A stretch of 63,078 nucleotides of DNA, the filler included, from Ionaspis alba (taxonomy: Eukaryota), in the NCBI GenBank assembly GCA_964255285.1. It is 6 parts of 6 records of this genome, joined end to end, with 100 filler letters (N's around TTAATTAATTAA, not from the genome) between each part and the next. Parts side by side here need not be neighbours in the genome. Positions count along the whole stretch, not along the records: positions 42,212 to 52,599 come from CAXUUL010000608.1; positions 52,700 to 63,078 come from CAXUUL010000609.1; 4 more parts are not named here. One strand, written 5' to 3'. The position numbers and the translations under genes were made by a program. The stretch's first letter is position 1; each line of letters begins with the position of its first letter. The notes under the pieces are model-generated. The model saw only the letters and a list, made by a program, of their open reading frames with translations. It did not search any database and was not told where the DNA came from. Positions 49,461 through 61,866 of this stretch are shown piece after piece.

Positions 49461-52400
49461 ATGGCTTCTGCAAAATCTTTTTTTCTCGTGCTCGCCGCCC
49501 TCACGGGTGTCTGTCAGGGGTATTGGCGTATGGGCTGCGGTACTGTCCAGACTGGCCGTATCGACCCTATCGTCAATCCTGGCAAGCTTTCTGGTCATGC
49601 TCATAAAATCGTCGGTGCAAGCAGTACGTCTCAATCTTCTTCCAAGGATTGACCCTCTCGCTTCGTGCCGATGCAACTACGTTCTGCTGCCCAATTGCTC
49701 GAGCACCATCATCAAATGATTCCATAATGTGCATGCTGCAAGAGAGTCACTAACGTGTCCTACTAGATATTGGTCTTAATTCTACATACAATGACCTAAT
49801 CAATGCACAATGTACTTCATGCTCTGTACAGGCCGACAAGAGTTCGTACTGGGCTCCCAACTTGTACTACGCACACTCAGACGGCACTTTCGAGGAGGTC
49901 GGTGAAACTCCACTGTCTTCTCCAGACTTGTTTGATATTATTGCTAGGTTCCCGCCAATGGCATGCTTATATACTACCTTGGACGCGGCGACAACAGAAC
50001 TAACATTCAACCATTCCCTGCTGGATTTCGCATGCTTTCCGGAGATTCTGGAGCTCGTTCGTATGATAACACCACCTTCACGTTCGGAGGAACGGGTGGA
50101 GTTACATATGTTAATGGAACCAATACGTCGAACGGCACCCTCACTGGTGGAACTTTTGTGGATGGCAAAACAACAGGTATTCGTTTCACTGGCAGGCCCA
50201 TTTCGGATCGAGTATCCTTTGCCTGTCTTGATGCTGTGCCAGCTCCAGAGACGCCCAATATGGCTTCGACGAGCTGTTCGTATGGTCTTCGTGCTCAGAT
50301 CCAATTCCAATCCTGCTGGGATGGGGTCAATCTTTACAAGTCAGACAACAGCCATGTTGCATACATGAGTCAAATCGACAATGGCGTCTGCCCACCAACA
50401 CATCCTGTGCAGCTGCTGCATCTGTTTTTCGAGACTCTCTACAGTGTTAACAGCATCAGCCAGGATGGTGGTCAATTTGTCTTTTCTCAAGGAGATACCA
50501 CAGGTTACGGTTACCACGGTGATTTCTTGAGTGGCTGGGATATGAATGTCCAAGCCGCAGCTATCAGGCAGTGTGCTCTTCCCGACAACGGTGGAGCTAT
50601 CAGTGCTTGTCCTCCCCTTGCCGCTTCAGACATGTCGGAGGCCTCTTTCAACTGCCCAGAAAGACCTCCGCTTGTCGATGAACCAGTCCACAACAGAATT
50701 GCCAAACTTCCTGGTTGTATTAACCTCACATCTGGTCCTGGTCGTGCTCTTTCCTCGGACATGAACTGTGCGGCCAATGCACCCACGCCAGCCATCAATA
50801 CGCCAACGAACACCGGCCCTATCTCGACTTTCCTTCCACAGGCAGGCACAACTTACGATGGCTGGACATATCTTGGATGTGCAAACGAGACAGATGGTGG
50901 TCGTACTCTTCCCGGTGCTTCCACTGTCTCTGACAGCATGTCCAATGCCCTCTGCCAAAGTTTTTGTGCCAGCAAAGGCTTTCCTCTTGCAGGAACAGAA
51001 TATTCTCGCGAATGTTACTGCGGATTTAAGCTTGACCCTACCACATCGTTGGGCCAGAATTGTAATGCCAGGGTCTGCGCCGGCAACAATTCCGAATACT
51101 GCGGTGGTCCCAATCGTGTCAGTGTCTGGAATTCGACAACTTACACTGGACCCCTTCAACCTTTCCCAAGCAAGGTTGGCGATACAATGGGTAGCTCCGT
51201 CTATCTCGGATGTACCGTTGACGACACTGGAAACCGTGCTCTGGGACAAGCCAGCTACACCAATCGCACCGGGCTGACCAACGATGCGTGCATGAGTTTC
51301 TGTGCCTCCAAAAATTTGCCTTTATGGGGAACAGAATATGCCTCGGAATGTTACTGTGACGTGGCTCTTAAGTCCTATGCTGTTCTAGGTTCTTCGACCT
51401 GCTCCATGGCTTGTGCAGGCAACTCCTCACAGATCTGCGGAGGCCCATCTCGAATGACCATCTTCAACAACACAGCTGTCACACCTGTCAAAGTCCCAGT
51501 AGATGTCCCAATCGGCACTAAGATCGGAAGCCTCGTCTATCTAGGCTGTGCCTCGGAAGCATATCCTGGTCGGGCACTCTCTTCTGCCAGCTACGTCGAC
51601 AAATCAGGCATGACCAACGAAGCTTGCAGCAGCTTCTGTGCCGCCAAAAGATACGCCCTATTCGGAACAGAATATTCTGCCGAGTGCTATTGTGGGAATG
51701 CCCTCACAACTGGCGCCTCCTATCCAGTATTGGGTTGCGGTAATACCTGCACTGGAAACGTGAGCAGCACTTCGCCTTTTGCGCCTTATACTAACATCTG
51801 TGGTGGCGGCAACCGCCTCTCCCTCTGGAACAACACTGCCATTGTCGCTGCTGCTGCACCTGTTACTCCCACCGCTGGTGCTACAGCTGGCACAAATGTC
51901 TATCTGGGATGCGCTGCGGAACCCAACTCCGGGGGTCGGGCTCTTGCCTCTGCCAGTCTAGTTGATACCAGCGGCATGACCAACGAGCTTTGCGCAAGCT
52001 ACTGTGCAACCAAAGGCTTCATGCTATTTGCGACAGAATATACTTCCGAGTGCTACTGTGGGAACACTCTCAGCACAGGCACCATCTACCCCCAGGCTGG
52101 ATGTGGCATGGCCTGCTCTGGATCCTTGTCTTCGTCTTCGCCGTTCGCGAAGTTTGAGAATACCTGTGGCGGACCGAACCGTCTTAGCTTGTGGAATAAT
52201 ACGGCCGTCAAAACCACGGGTGCTGTTCAGTCTGTAGGGAATTATGTCCACCAGGGCTGCTATACCGATAACGTGGGCGGCAGAACATTGTCATCTGCAA
52301 GCTATAGTGACTCGAACAATATGACGGTTGAAGCCTGTGTTGCTTTCTGCAGTAGTAAGAGCTTCAAATTTGCCGGGGTTGAATACGCTCAGGAGTGAGT

Positions 52401-52592
52401 CCTCTATATACCCTCTTTGCTATGTTTCGTATCTGGCTAACTATTGCCTGTGATAGATGTTTCTGTGGCTCGGGTCTTAGTGCAGGAGGGGCCCTTGCAT
52501 CCTCGCAGAATGATTGCAATTTCCCTTGCAAGGGCAACAAGCTTGAGCTTTGTGGTGCCGGGAACAGGCTCAATCTTTATAAGTCACCATAG
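49461..52592 (+). CDS. Secreted DUF1996 + five WSC-domain protein
   Basis: Signal peptide; RIDPIVNPG..SGHAH; DKSSYWAP; FQSCWDG; CPPTHPV; GYGYHGDF..GW; five YxGC...C..FC....GTEY..ECYC...C...C.G...CGG..R repeats. Confidence 0.93.
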
Positions 52593-54826
52593 TCGAGAGN
52601 NNNNNNNNNNNNNNNNNNNNNNNNNNNNNNNNNNNNNNNNNNNTTAATTAATTAANNNNNNNNNNNNNNNNNNNNNNNNNNNNNNNNNNNNNNNNNNNNT
52701 TGACACAATACAAAGCTCAAGCCATGTCACTACTTTGATTACATTGTCGGAGGTGGGTCGGGAGAGTACGTGCCTGGTATTCTTTGAAAGTCTAAAGCTC
52801 AACTTGTCCTACAGACTTATCGCTTTCTTGATTGGCCGGATGAGAATGTCCATCGATGTTGTAATAGAAGAGCACGAGAAGCTTCTTCCTGTGATGTTCG
52901 CTAAGCACACATTGAAAGATCGTTCCAGCGAAAGCTTCCGCGGCTTTGACGGCGATGCTATAGAAACACAAATGTGTGAGAGGGTAAGAAGAGCTTCGAT
53001 GTGACTGGGACGACAGAGTCCTTCTGTCAGCTTGCGCGGCGCCTGGCGGACTGTAGGATGGTAAGAGCCTCGGACGGTGCACGTATGAGCGCTTTCATGG
53101 GCAACGACTTCTAGCCATAGAAGAATGGCGAATGCTCCCAATTTGTAAGTTCTCAAGATATGATATTAGCTCTGAGGTTGTTAGACAAACATCATCCAGG
53201 TGTCCCTCCCAAAGGCGATGCTGTCGTGGTTGGTAGCTATTCCATGGTCTCAAGAAATTGGAGTAGTATAAGAAATTGCTTGCAATATGAAACTTCTATC
53301 TACTACATCATCCCTTTGGATATCCTCCTCGTGATTCCCACTTCCCGCCAATCTTCTGGGAGCAATGTTGGCCTCTCAAATCTCCCTGTAGGTAAGCGTG
53401 CTTCAGAAACGGTCCTACTCCACAAAGTCCCATCATACTGAGAATGTCAATCCTATCATCTTTAGACATCCACATGCTGCTTGTTCCCTGCTTGCAAAAT
53501 CCTATTGTCCATTCCTAGAGAGGTATGTCTGTCTCCCCTTGGGAATCTGCTGGGTATGCGCTCTGAGAATCCTCAACATCCAAGGATTTTGGAGCAAATC
53601 AAACAACATTCTAAGCTCCCAGGTTCAGCTCCCAGTGAGACGCTGTCAGCTTTCTCTCCATCGTAGGATTATCCACTCCACCGGCACTGCTTGATTCCGA
53701 GAACCGCTCATGGAGTGTCTGCTCATACGCACGCTGGGAGTCGATGAGGCAAGTCCAAGTTTTCTTGACCTCCGGTGTTGCAGCATATCGTAGCATCGCT
53801 GTTAAGTTAGTCTTCTCTTTCTTCCTCGGTCGTCCCTACAGCGGCTTTTGGAAGACCTGTTCCACTCGCTGCGATGGTCAATTTCCGTAAGAGTGCCGAT
53901 TAATCACAGTCATCGGATCGACCGATGAGATTGACTGAAATCAGTGCCTTCGGTCAGGCCATTGGTTTAAGAAGGTCGATGTTCACGCCACGCCTTAAGT
54001 AAGTCAAATTTGGGAGTATTACTCTGCACGCTGAAATGAGAAACATTTGATTTCATTCTTGTATGGCCTGATTGGAGGGTTTCGGAGAATTATTTGCGTC
54101 GTGTGTCCAGGAACTTGCCCCTGTGCCAGAACATGGACGTGACGTGTATTGGTGAGATTGTTCCCGACATGTAACGCTGATAATAGTTCAATAGTGTGCA
54201 TAAGCCCTTCCAATGCTCCGCCTTCAAAGCCAAGATTGAGTTACTACCACAGAAGATGTCGGTCCAAGACTTTGGAAGCCCTCACGTGAGGGTCAGCTGA
54301 CGAGAAGCGGTTGACGAAGCTATTACAAATGCCAAGTTAGTTTACACGGTACGCACGTTCTAGAGCAAGAAAGCTCACTGCAGCTTCGTCAAAAATTATC
54401 ACCCGCCCCCAGGTGAGGCTAATTGTGAGCATGGTTCGTATTCGGAGTAATAGGTGGATTCAATCAATCATACATGTTGATGTCCCAAAACAAGTGGCCA
54501 AGAGGAAAGGCTTTCGGCCTGCTACTGTCTTGATTGGCTACGTGCGGATAAGTGTTTGAGATGTCATGGCTTGGGTGGTAAGTAGGTGTGTAACGTTGTG
54601 GTGAGAATTAGAAGGCCTTGTACGCGGGACGATGTATGCTGGAAACGGCTGGCAGCTGTCTAACCTGCATGTTTGTGTTTAAGAAGGTTCAGATCCTCTG
54701 AAATTTGCTCTGTTCCTACCATCAACTTGTTCTGCAGACTTTTTGTTGCTTCAAGTTGTCGCACATTTACAAGCCTAATCTTGATCTTGTCCAATACTAT
54801 ATCCGTCTTCCATATACTTCGCAAAG

Positions 54827-55542
54827 ATGAAGTCTGTCTCTTCTATGCTTCCTCTCCTCCTCCTGGCTATTTCTAGCCTGTCCACAGCATCTCCAGCAAC
54901 GTCTGACTATAAAGTATACAGTCCTGCCCTCTACCCTTGTGCCCTCGCTCTTCATCGAAACGAGCTCCGAGACTTGAAGCTAATCTACCATTGACACAGC
55001 TTCAACGATCAACACCCATTGCATGTGGCAGTCGGGGACTAGCCCCCTGTCCTTCCGGCACAACCTGTATCGACAACCCCGCCAAGCCAGGCTGCAGCAT
55101 AGCAGCCGACTGCCCGGGCATCTGTGTAGTATTGGATGGAGGCTTTTGCGGTGGCATAGCCGGCATCCCATGTCCGGATACCCAAACATGCGTCGACAAC
55201 CCCAACGACGGCTGTGATCCCAAACAAGGTGGCGCCGACTGCGGTGGAATCTGTGTGAAACTTGACGGTACCTCGACGCTGCCCCCACCGCCAAAATACC
55301 CCACGTGTGGCGGCCTTTTGGGAAAGAAGTGCCCTCGCAAGTCTCAAATCTGTGTTGATAATCCGAGAGACTGCAGCATGGCTGCCGATTGTTTGGGTAT
55401 CTGTGTTGGACCAAAGCTCACTCAATGTGGAGGCTTTGCTGGGCTCAAGTGTCCGACAGCTGGTCAGATCTGCATCGATGATCCAAGAGATTCCTGTGAT
55501 CCTAACGCTGGTGGCGCCGATTGCATTGGCATCTGTGTTTAG
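54827..55542 (+). CDS. Small secreted cysteine-rich repeat protein (four 6-Cys modules)
   Basis: Exon 1 MKSVSSMLPLLLLAISSLSTASPATSDYK; phase-0 intron 54914-54999; four repeats of CG..G..CP...C(I/V)D.P...C....DC.GICV. Confidence 0.88.
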
Positions 55543-56386
55543 TTGAGGAGTGGCATGTTGCATGTGTCGGGGAGTAGCTGGTGTAAGGTATCAGATTAGA
55601 ACAATTAACGCAGTTCGAACCATTGAACCATTTCATCAATGTGACCGTATATTTGCGACAACAGTGTTCGAAGCGAAGGAGCGCATCGAGCGTACATTAC
55701 TTCATTTGTACCTTCTTCACCAAAATCAAGTGGATCAGCCCGAGATGGACTAAACAGGCGGATTAGAGTTGAGAAGTGCTAATTGAAGTAGCGGGAGTAG
55801 ATTGATCCAATATGATGGCCCTAGTAACGGCCCGACGCGAATTGTGGGGATGCGGCAGGTACCATTTATTGACTTGGCGTCTGGTTTGAGCATGCAGGCG
55901 CTCGGGACGAAGCTCGAATTCGAAGTGGAGATCAGAGAAGGATCAGGAAGGAAGAGAGCAGATGAGGAGGTGTATAACTAGCGCTGGAACGAGATATCGT
56001 CAAACTTGCTGTTCCCCATCACGAATTGAGCGAGATGCCATCCGTGCAAAGATCAGTGCTTTTCCTTCATAGAAATCCTCGAGAGGATGCAACCCTAAAG
56101 CACCACTACCGAGACGCCAAGCAAGGATGTAGAAGCGAACTCTCTTGTCATTGGCTCCTCCACAACGACCTCCCATCCATCCATTCATGGCTATGACGCG
56201 GCGATTGGAGTACCCGACTGCACTGCTCGTCTGCACGCGCAAGAGGTGCAATCATGCATCATTGCGATATTAGAACTTCCTTTTGGCAGAGGAATATTGA
56301 GACTAGATCTCCTCTCGTTTCATTATCGAATCCCTAGATTAGCTCGTTTACTGTAGCTTCACAATCTTGCTTTGCTTTTGGCATAG

Positions 56387-58259
56387 ATGGCTCCCTTTGG
56401 CGTCCCTCTCCTCCTCCTCCTCACCTCCATCCTTTTCGCCCTCACTCTGCCTTCTGTCGCCACTNNNNNNNNNNNNNNNNNNNNNNNNNNNNNNNNNNNN
56501 NNNNNNNNNNNNNNNNNNNNNNNNNNNNNNNNNNNNNNNNNNNNNNNNNNNNNNNNNNNNNNNNGCTTCCGCCTGCGCCACGCCCCTTACCCCGACAAAT
56601 GGCATCAAACCCTCCATTGCCTCTGGCTACCAGATGGCGCTTATTGCCACCGGGCTCACGAAACCGAGGTCGATAGCATTTGACAGCTCGGGGAATCTAC
56701 TTGTTGTGCAATCTGGAAAAGGTGTATCAGGTCATAAAGTCACAGACAATGGAGGAACTTGTATAGCGTTAGATAGTGGGGCAATGGTGGTTGAGGGGAC
56801 GGAAGTGAGTTAGTCCCGAGAGTCAAGAGCCAGGAGAGGAAAGGCAAAAGAGGGGAACGAGCAGAACAGACAGATAGACTGACAGAGCAATTCGCCCAGT
56901 CACAAGTACATCTCGCTGACCATCGTTCCCCGATAGTTCAACCATGGTCTCGCATTCTCCACGGACGGCAAAACTCTTTATGCATCAACCACGGAATCCG
57001 CCTTCTCCTACCCATACGATCCAAGCTCGCTAAAGACTACGGGCTCCGACACTACTCTCGTGAAGGGCATGACGACTGAAGATCACACAACGCGAACCCT
57101 GCTCGCTTCCCAGAAAGCTCCCGGTATGCTGGTCATCATTCGTGGCAGCACTTCCAATGTCGATTTCGAGGCCGCGAAGCTGGACTCGGGCCATAGCCAA
57201 ATTCGCGCTTTCGATCTGGGAAGTGTGCCGAACGGTGGGTATACTTACAGTAACGACGGCGTGCGATTGGGCTGGGGATTGAGGAACTCCGTCGGTGTAG
57301 GGGAGCATCCGGATACGGGTGGAATCTGGAGTGTGGAGAACTCGGTCGATGAGATTGAGCGGAATGGCAAGAATGTGCATCAGGACAATCCTGGAGAGGA
57401 GTTGAATTTCCACGGGTATCTAAATGGTACGGTGGATAAAGTACAGGGTAGTAATTATGGGTATCCTTATTGTTTTTCGGCATGGGTGCCGGATGTGGTA
57501 AGCTTCTCTAGTCGACATGAAGAACGGAGTGGGATTGTTAGGAGCTCGTGGACTGATAAATGACAGATACCCGACAATACCAACATTCATGTTGGGACGG
57601 CGTTTGCGATGGGCGATCAGAATGATAAGATCAACGACACCTATTGCGGGCAAACTACACCAGCGAGATTGACATTTCAAGCGCATATGGTCAGTCCACT
57701 CATATCTGCTGTGCTCAATCTTGACACCAGAAGCTCACATTTGCTAGGCGCCCTTAGACATTAAGTTCAACAACAGTGGTTCAGAGGCCTGGATTACCTT
57801 CCACGGTAGCTGGGATCGGACTGATCCTGTTGGCTACAAGCTCTCTGTTGTCCCTTTTGCCAATGGACAACCCGTAGCAGCAGCGGACAACAAGACTGCT
57901 GCTGTTGACATCTTCACCAATGTGGACAACTCTCAGTGCCCCGATAGTTGCTTCAGGTATGGTCATCATTACACACTATCCTATCCCAAACTGGTTATGA
58001 ACTTGTCTGACGGCTTTCCAGACCCGTGGGTATGGCTTTTGACAAGCAAGGTCGGCTTTTCATGTCTTCTGATGCCTCCGGGGAGATATACGTCATCGTC
58101 AAGGACCAGGCTACGAACGGTACAAGCACAGGGACTGCGCCATCATCAACGACATCGCCATCGTCAACGACATCCGCATCTTCGGATGCAGGAGCGAGGT
58201 TGTGGAGTCATTATCTAGGTTTCGTAGTCTTTTCTTGTATAATCTGCATTTTGTTTTGA
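56387..58259 (+). CDS. Soluble quinoprotein glucose/sorbosone dehydrogenase-like (AA12-like) beta-propeller, probably GPI-anchored
   Basis: Signal peptide; GLTKPRSIAFDSSGNLLVV; NHGLAFS; HTTRTLL; RGSTSNVD; LGWGLRNSVGVGEHP; DNPGEELNFHG; NYGYPYC; FQAHM/APLDIKF; FHGSWDR; CFR/PVGMAFD; Ser/Thr-rich tail and hydrophobic C-terminus. Gap 56465-56564 lies inside exon 1. Confidence 0.9.
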
Positions 58260-58437
58260 GTCAGCTTTAGAATGGTAGGAGGGACGTCTGTAATATGTAC
58301 TTGGACCGTATAGGTCTTGAATATTGTATAGAATTGGAAAGAGCATTGGGATTGGGTGGAGAGATAGATTTTGATGACGAGAATATAACTGGATTAAGAG
58401 TTGCACATTCGTCGTGGAATTATCAACACAGCTGCTA

Positions 58438-58761
58438 ATGACTTGTCTTTCGGGATCCCGTGATGGTTTCGTGTATAGTCCTTTCATCTTGATTTCTCTA
58501 CTTCATTGTCAAACTCTCTATGACTAGGCAAATATTGCTCAAGTTAATGTGCTGTTTACAGGTCTATATGCTCAACTCAGAGACTCTTCTCACTTCGTGC
58601 AACTTCCAACCGCTCGACTCGACACTTTGCCACTCAACCGAATCTCACTTGAGCAGCCCGAACACCGTCCACCTCCGAGCTATCTCTACGACGATTCTAC
58701 TCCATCTGAAGTTACGAAACACGTTCTGCTTGCCGCCAGCCATTACAACCACTGCTGGTGA
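58438..58761 (+). CDS. Putative spliced small ORF (~75 aa), candidate uORF of the downstream F-box gene
   Basis: ATG 58438 MTCLSGSRD-G, putative phase-1 intron 58466-58561 (weak donor GTTTCG, TTAAT branch-like site, TTTACAG acceptor), then LYAQLRDSSHFVQLPTARLDTLPLNRISLEQPEHRPPPSYLYDDSTPSEVTKHVLLAASHYNHCW*. Codons end mostly in C/T like neighbouring genes. Confidence 0.55.
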
Positions 58762-59253
58762 TCTGAAGTGACCTTGGGTGTTGACCTCGAATTCACTTAG
58801 TGTCCCCTAGCTTAGCATACCCGTCTAGCACCACGATCAATAGAGCACTACCCACGTGTCAACCTATCAGTTCTTTAGCATCTGAAACGACTAAACTCTT
58901 CACTCATCACTTACCAGCCTCCTTGTTTTTCCTCGCTAGCTTCTTTCCTGCACGCTGATCTTTCCGCACAAAACCTTGCAACATTCTTGCACATCTTACA
59001 CTTCTTACATACACTTCTTACATACCAATCAACAATTTTGACACAAACATCTATCAGAGCTTCATACTCAATCTATTCCGAGCACTTACACCATCTATCA
59101 AGACCATATTACTGCAATTGCCAGGAGCAATTCAGCTAGCAAGCATACTCGCTACTTCTGAAAAACTCAACCGCTACTTCCTAGAGCTTCATACTCACAC
59201 CACCTAGCCAGACCTCACAAGCATTACATTTCTCTATCGTTCAGTGTTCCAAG

Positions 59254-61346
59254 ATGTCTCTTACAGGTCTTCCAGTCGAGGTAAGTGTTCTACAGTTGAC
59301 TGAGATGACCCGATCCTTGTTCCAACATCTCAGTCGAGCAACATATGCTGACCTGACGCCCCTGATAGATGCTCGAGAACATTGCAACCTTCCTGCCTTC
59401 CGATGAGGATCTGGCTAACTTCATGCGATCATGCACGGAAGCCAACTTTGCACTTCTCAGTGGTCGTTCAGGCATTTGGCGTAGCCGCTTTGCTGATACC
59501 TATGACCTTCCAAGTGGAATGTTCCCTAGCATGGTCTTTACCACGTACATCACTCGCCAGAAGAAGATTCGTGAGGCAGACTTTACCTTCCACATCGGCT
59601 TCAACTGCAAGGAGATGGCGATGGCTAGGATGATGAGGGAGCTCATCAATGGTAAGTCTTTAAATCTTAAGCTCAGGTGTCGAGGAATGTCAGGCTGATC
59701 GTGCACAGAGACATTCATTGCACCATCCCCTCTTCAAGGTGTTCTCGATGCGCCCCTCTCCAACAATCTCGTTCGTCTCCGTGAGATCATCTGCAAGACT
59801 GGCCTCCTTGAGAATGTCTTGCGCTATGCCAAGAACCCAGGGTAACATGATCTCTCAAACCCTTGTCACGTGACTGTATCCCCAAAGCTGACATGACACG
59901 ACCTAGAATGACCGATACCTTGATCCAAACACTTCAATTGGTCTTCTCGCACTGGGCTTTGGACTTGTCGATGAATCCACAGACCTACAGCTATCCGTAC
60001 TCCCAGCAGATGGTCTATAGTCACCCTGAGGCTTGCTCCCTCTTCGGTGGTCTTCACAATGGAAAAGTCAACATCCACTATGCTCTCCACATCGTCAACT
60101 TCTTCAAGGTACGTCTCCAACAGTTTTTATTCACATCTTGTGCTTACACAGTACAGTACCACATGACTCGTGTTGACGAGCAGACATTGTTCCTCAACTA
60201 CTCTGCTCTCTCTGACGATCAGAAGCCGAAAGCTTGGGACAAGCCACTCAAGCAAGGTGTCGTCGAACAGCTCGAACCTCATTGGAAGGGTGCATATGGT
60301 ATGCTTCTCACCTTACCACTGCCGACCTTGCTATTGTTCACTACAACGTGAGCTGATGCCATGATAGCCTATCTTCCCAACCAGAACGATGTCTCCAAGC
60401 TTCGCGCTCTTCCTGTTGGTCGTCAGATCATTATGGACACATTTGACCATGAAAGTCCCGAATCCGATGGCTTCCAAACCCTTGACCTCACCTTTCCTTC
60501 GCCTAAGTCGGCTCCCATTTGGCCCGACACCTTCGAGCAGTACTTGAAGGCCATCCCGACCCCAGAACTCCTCAACCTAGTGAGCAAGGACTACTACCAC
60601 CCCTACCAGTCCGTAGGCATCAAGGTCCGCAACACCAAGAACCAGCCTCCCGTTACTCCACCCACCTCGCCACCACGAGCAGGTGCACCAGCACAGGCTG
60701 GCTCCCTTAACACCCTTCCACTTCCAAAGTCTGGAAAGAACTATCTACCATTCACTGGTAAAGGTCACGATGCTAACAACTTCCACTGCGCTGGCATCGT
60801 CCACGCCTTGCCCTTTCAGAATGGTGTCATCGGTTGGCAGCGTGTGACTCTCATGAAGCGCTTCGATGCTGACGACGCTCCTGTCGTCACCACATCGGTC
60901 AAGGTCAAGACCAAGGCTGACAATCAGAATGACTCGACTTCAAGTGCGACCAGCAGCGATGATGAAAGCAACCCCTTCGATATCAGCACTACAACCCTGA
61001 ACTCTTCGACCACTAGTCTTGAGTCTCTTGACGAAATCGTCACTAAGGCTGTTGATGAACATCTCGACCTTGAGACCTGGGATCTGAGCAAGGACTGCTG
61101 GGCTTATGAGGGTGTTGTTCTTCCTGGCGGCAAGATCATGGTTGGTAAGTCTTCTTACTCCACACCATAGCTTTCCACTATCACGATACCTTTGCTGACA
61201 CAGCTTACCCAGGTCGCTGGTTCAGTCCTGCTGACACCATCGTCGAAGCTGAGAACGCTCATCTCTACGGAGACAACAAGAAGGAGCTTCAGATCTGCGA
61301 GCGCACCTGCACTGGTCCGTTCATCTTCTGGAATGTTGACGCTTAG
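59254..61346 (+). CDS. Fungal F-box protein, multi-exon
   Basis: N-terminal F-box-like MSLTGLPVE/MLENIATFLPSDEDLANF...IWRSRFADTYDLP; SQQMVYSHP; LHIVNFFK/YH; HWKGAY; GIVHALP.Q..IGWQRVTLMK; WAYEGVVLPGGKIMVG/RW; GPFIFWNVDA*. Confidence 0.85.
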
Positions 61347-61866
61347 GTTTGTCATCTAGACTGCCACCTACTCTTACGAATTTGGATACTGTGACGGATT
61401 TGGAGATGACATTTGGACAGCTTGTGGGACATTTAGGTGGACTGATCAAACTATCAGATTGTTTTCTCGAGTTTTGTTGTTGTTCTGGTTTACTCGGCCT
61501 CACTTGCAATTTAGACCGCAGCTCATCCCCAGCACTGCTTTGGAGGCACCGCAACGATCGTTATGGATTTCACTTTTGGTTTTTTGTCTTCCGGCGCTTT
61601 GGTGTTATTGGTTAGTCTTTGTCATAGATTAGAAAATACCAAAAAAAATGACCCCCAATCTGTGCAAATGACAATGTAGAGTATTTCTAGCTACTGATCG
61701 TATCGTAAGTTACAAAGCGATTTTCAAGATCTTGCTTGCGCTCCGTTCAATCATAACCATTTGTAGCCACGTCCATGAACGCAGCTATTCTTATGTAAAG
61801 CTTTTCCTAGGTCTATCACTCGAACCATACCTCATCTTCTTCCTTCCTAAACGCCAAAACACCCTC

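Noticed and set aside
52700..54000. Short ORFs after the gap (e.g. 52735..53004) as a possible gene remnant
   Set aside because: No recognisable family motifs or consistent exon chain on either strand.
58990..59200. Short repeats CTTCTTACATACA and AGAGCTTCATACTCA (x2) as a possible repeat array
   Set aside because: Only two copies each with irregular spacing; consistent with low-complexity leader sequence and covered under the uORF finding.
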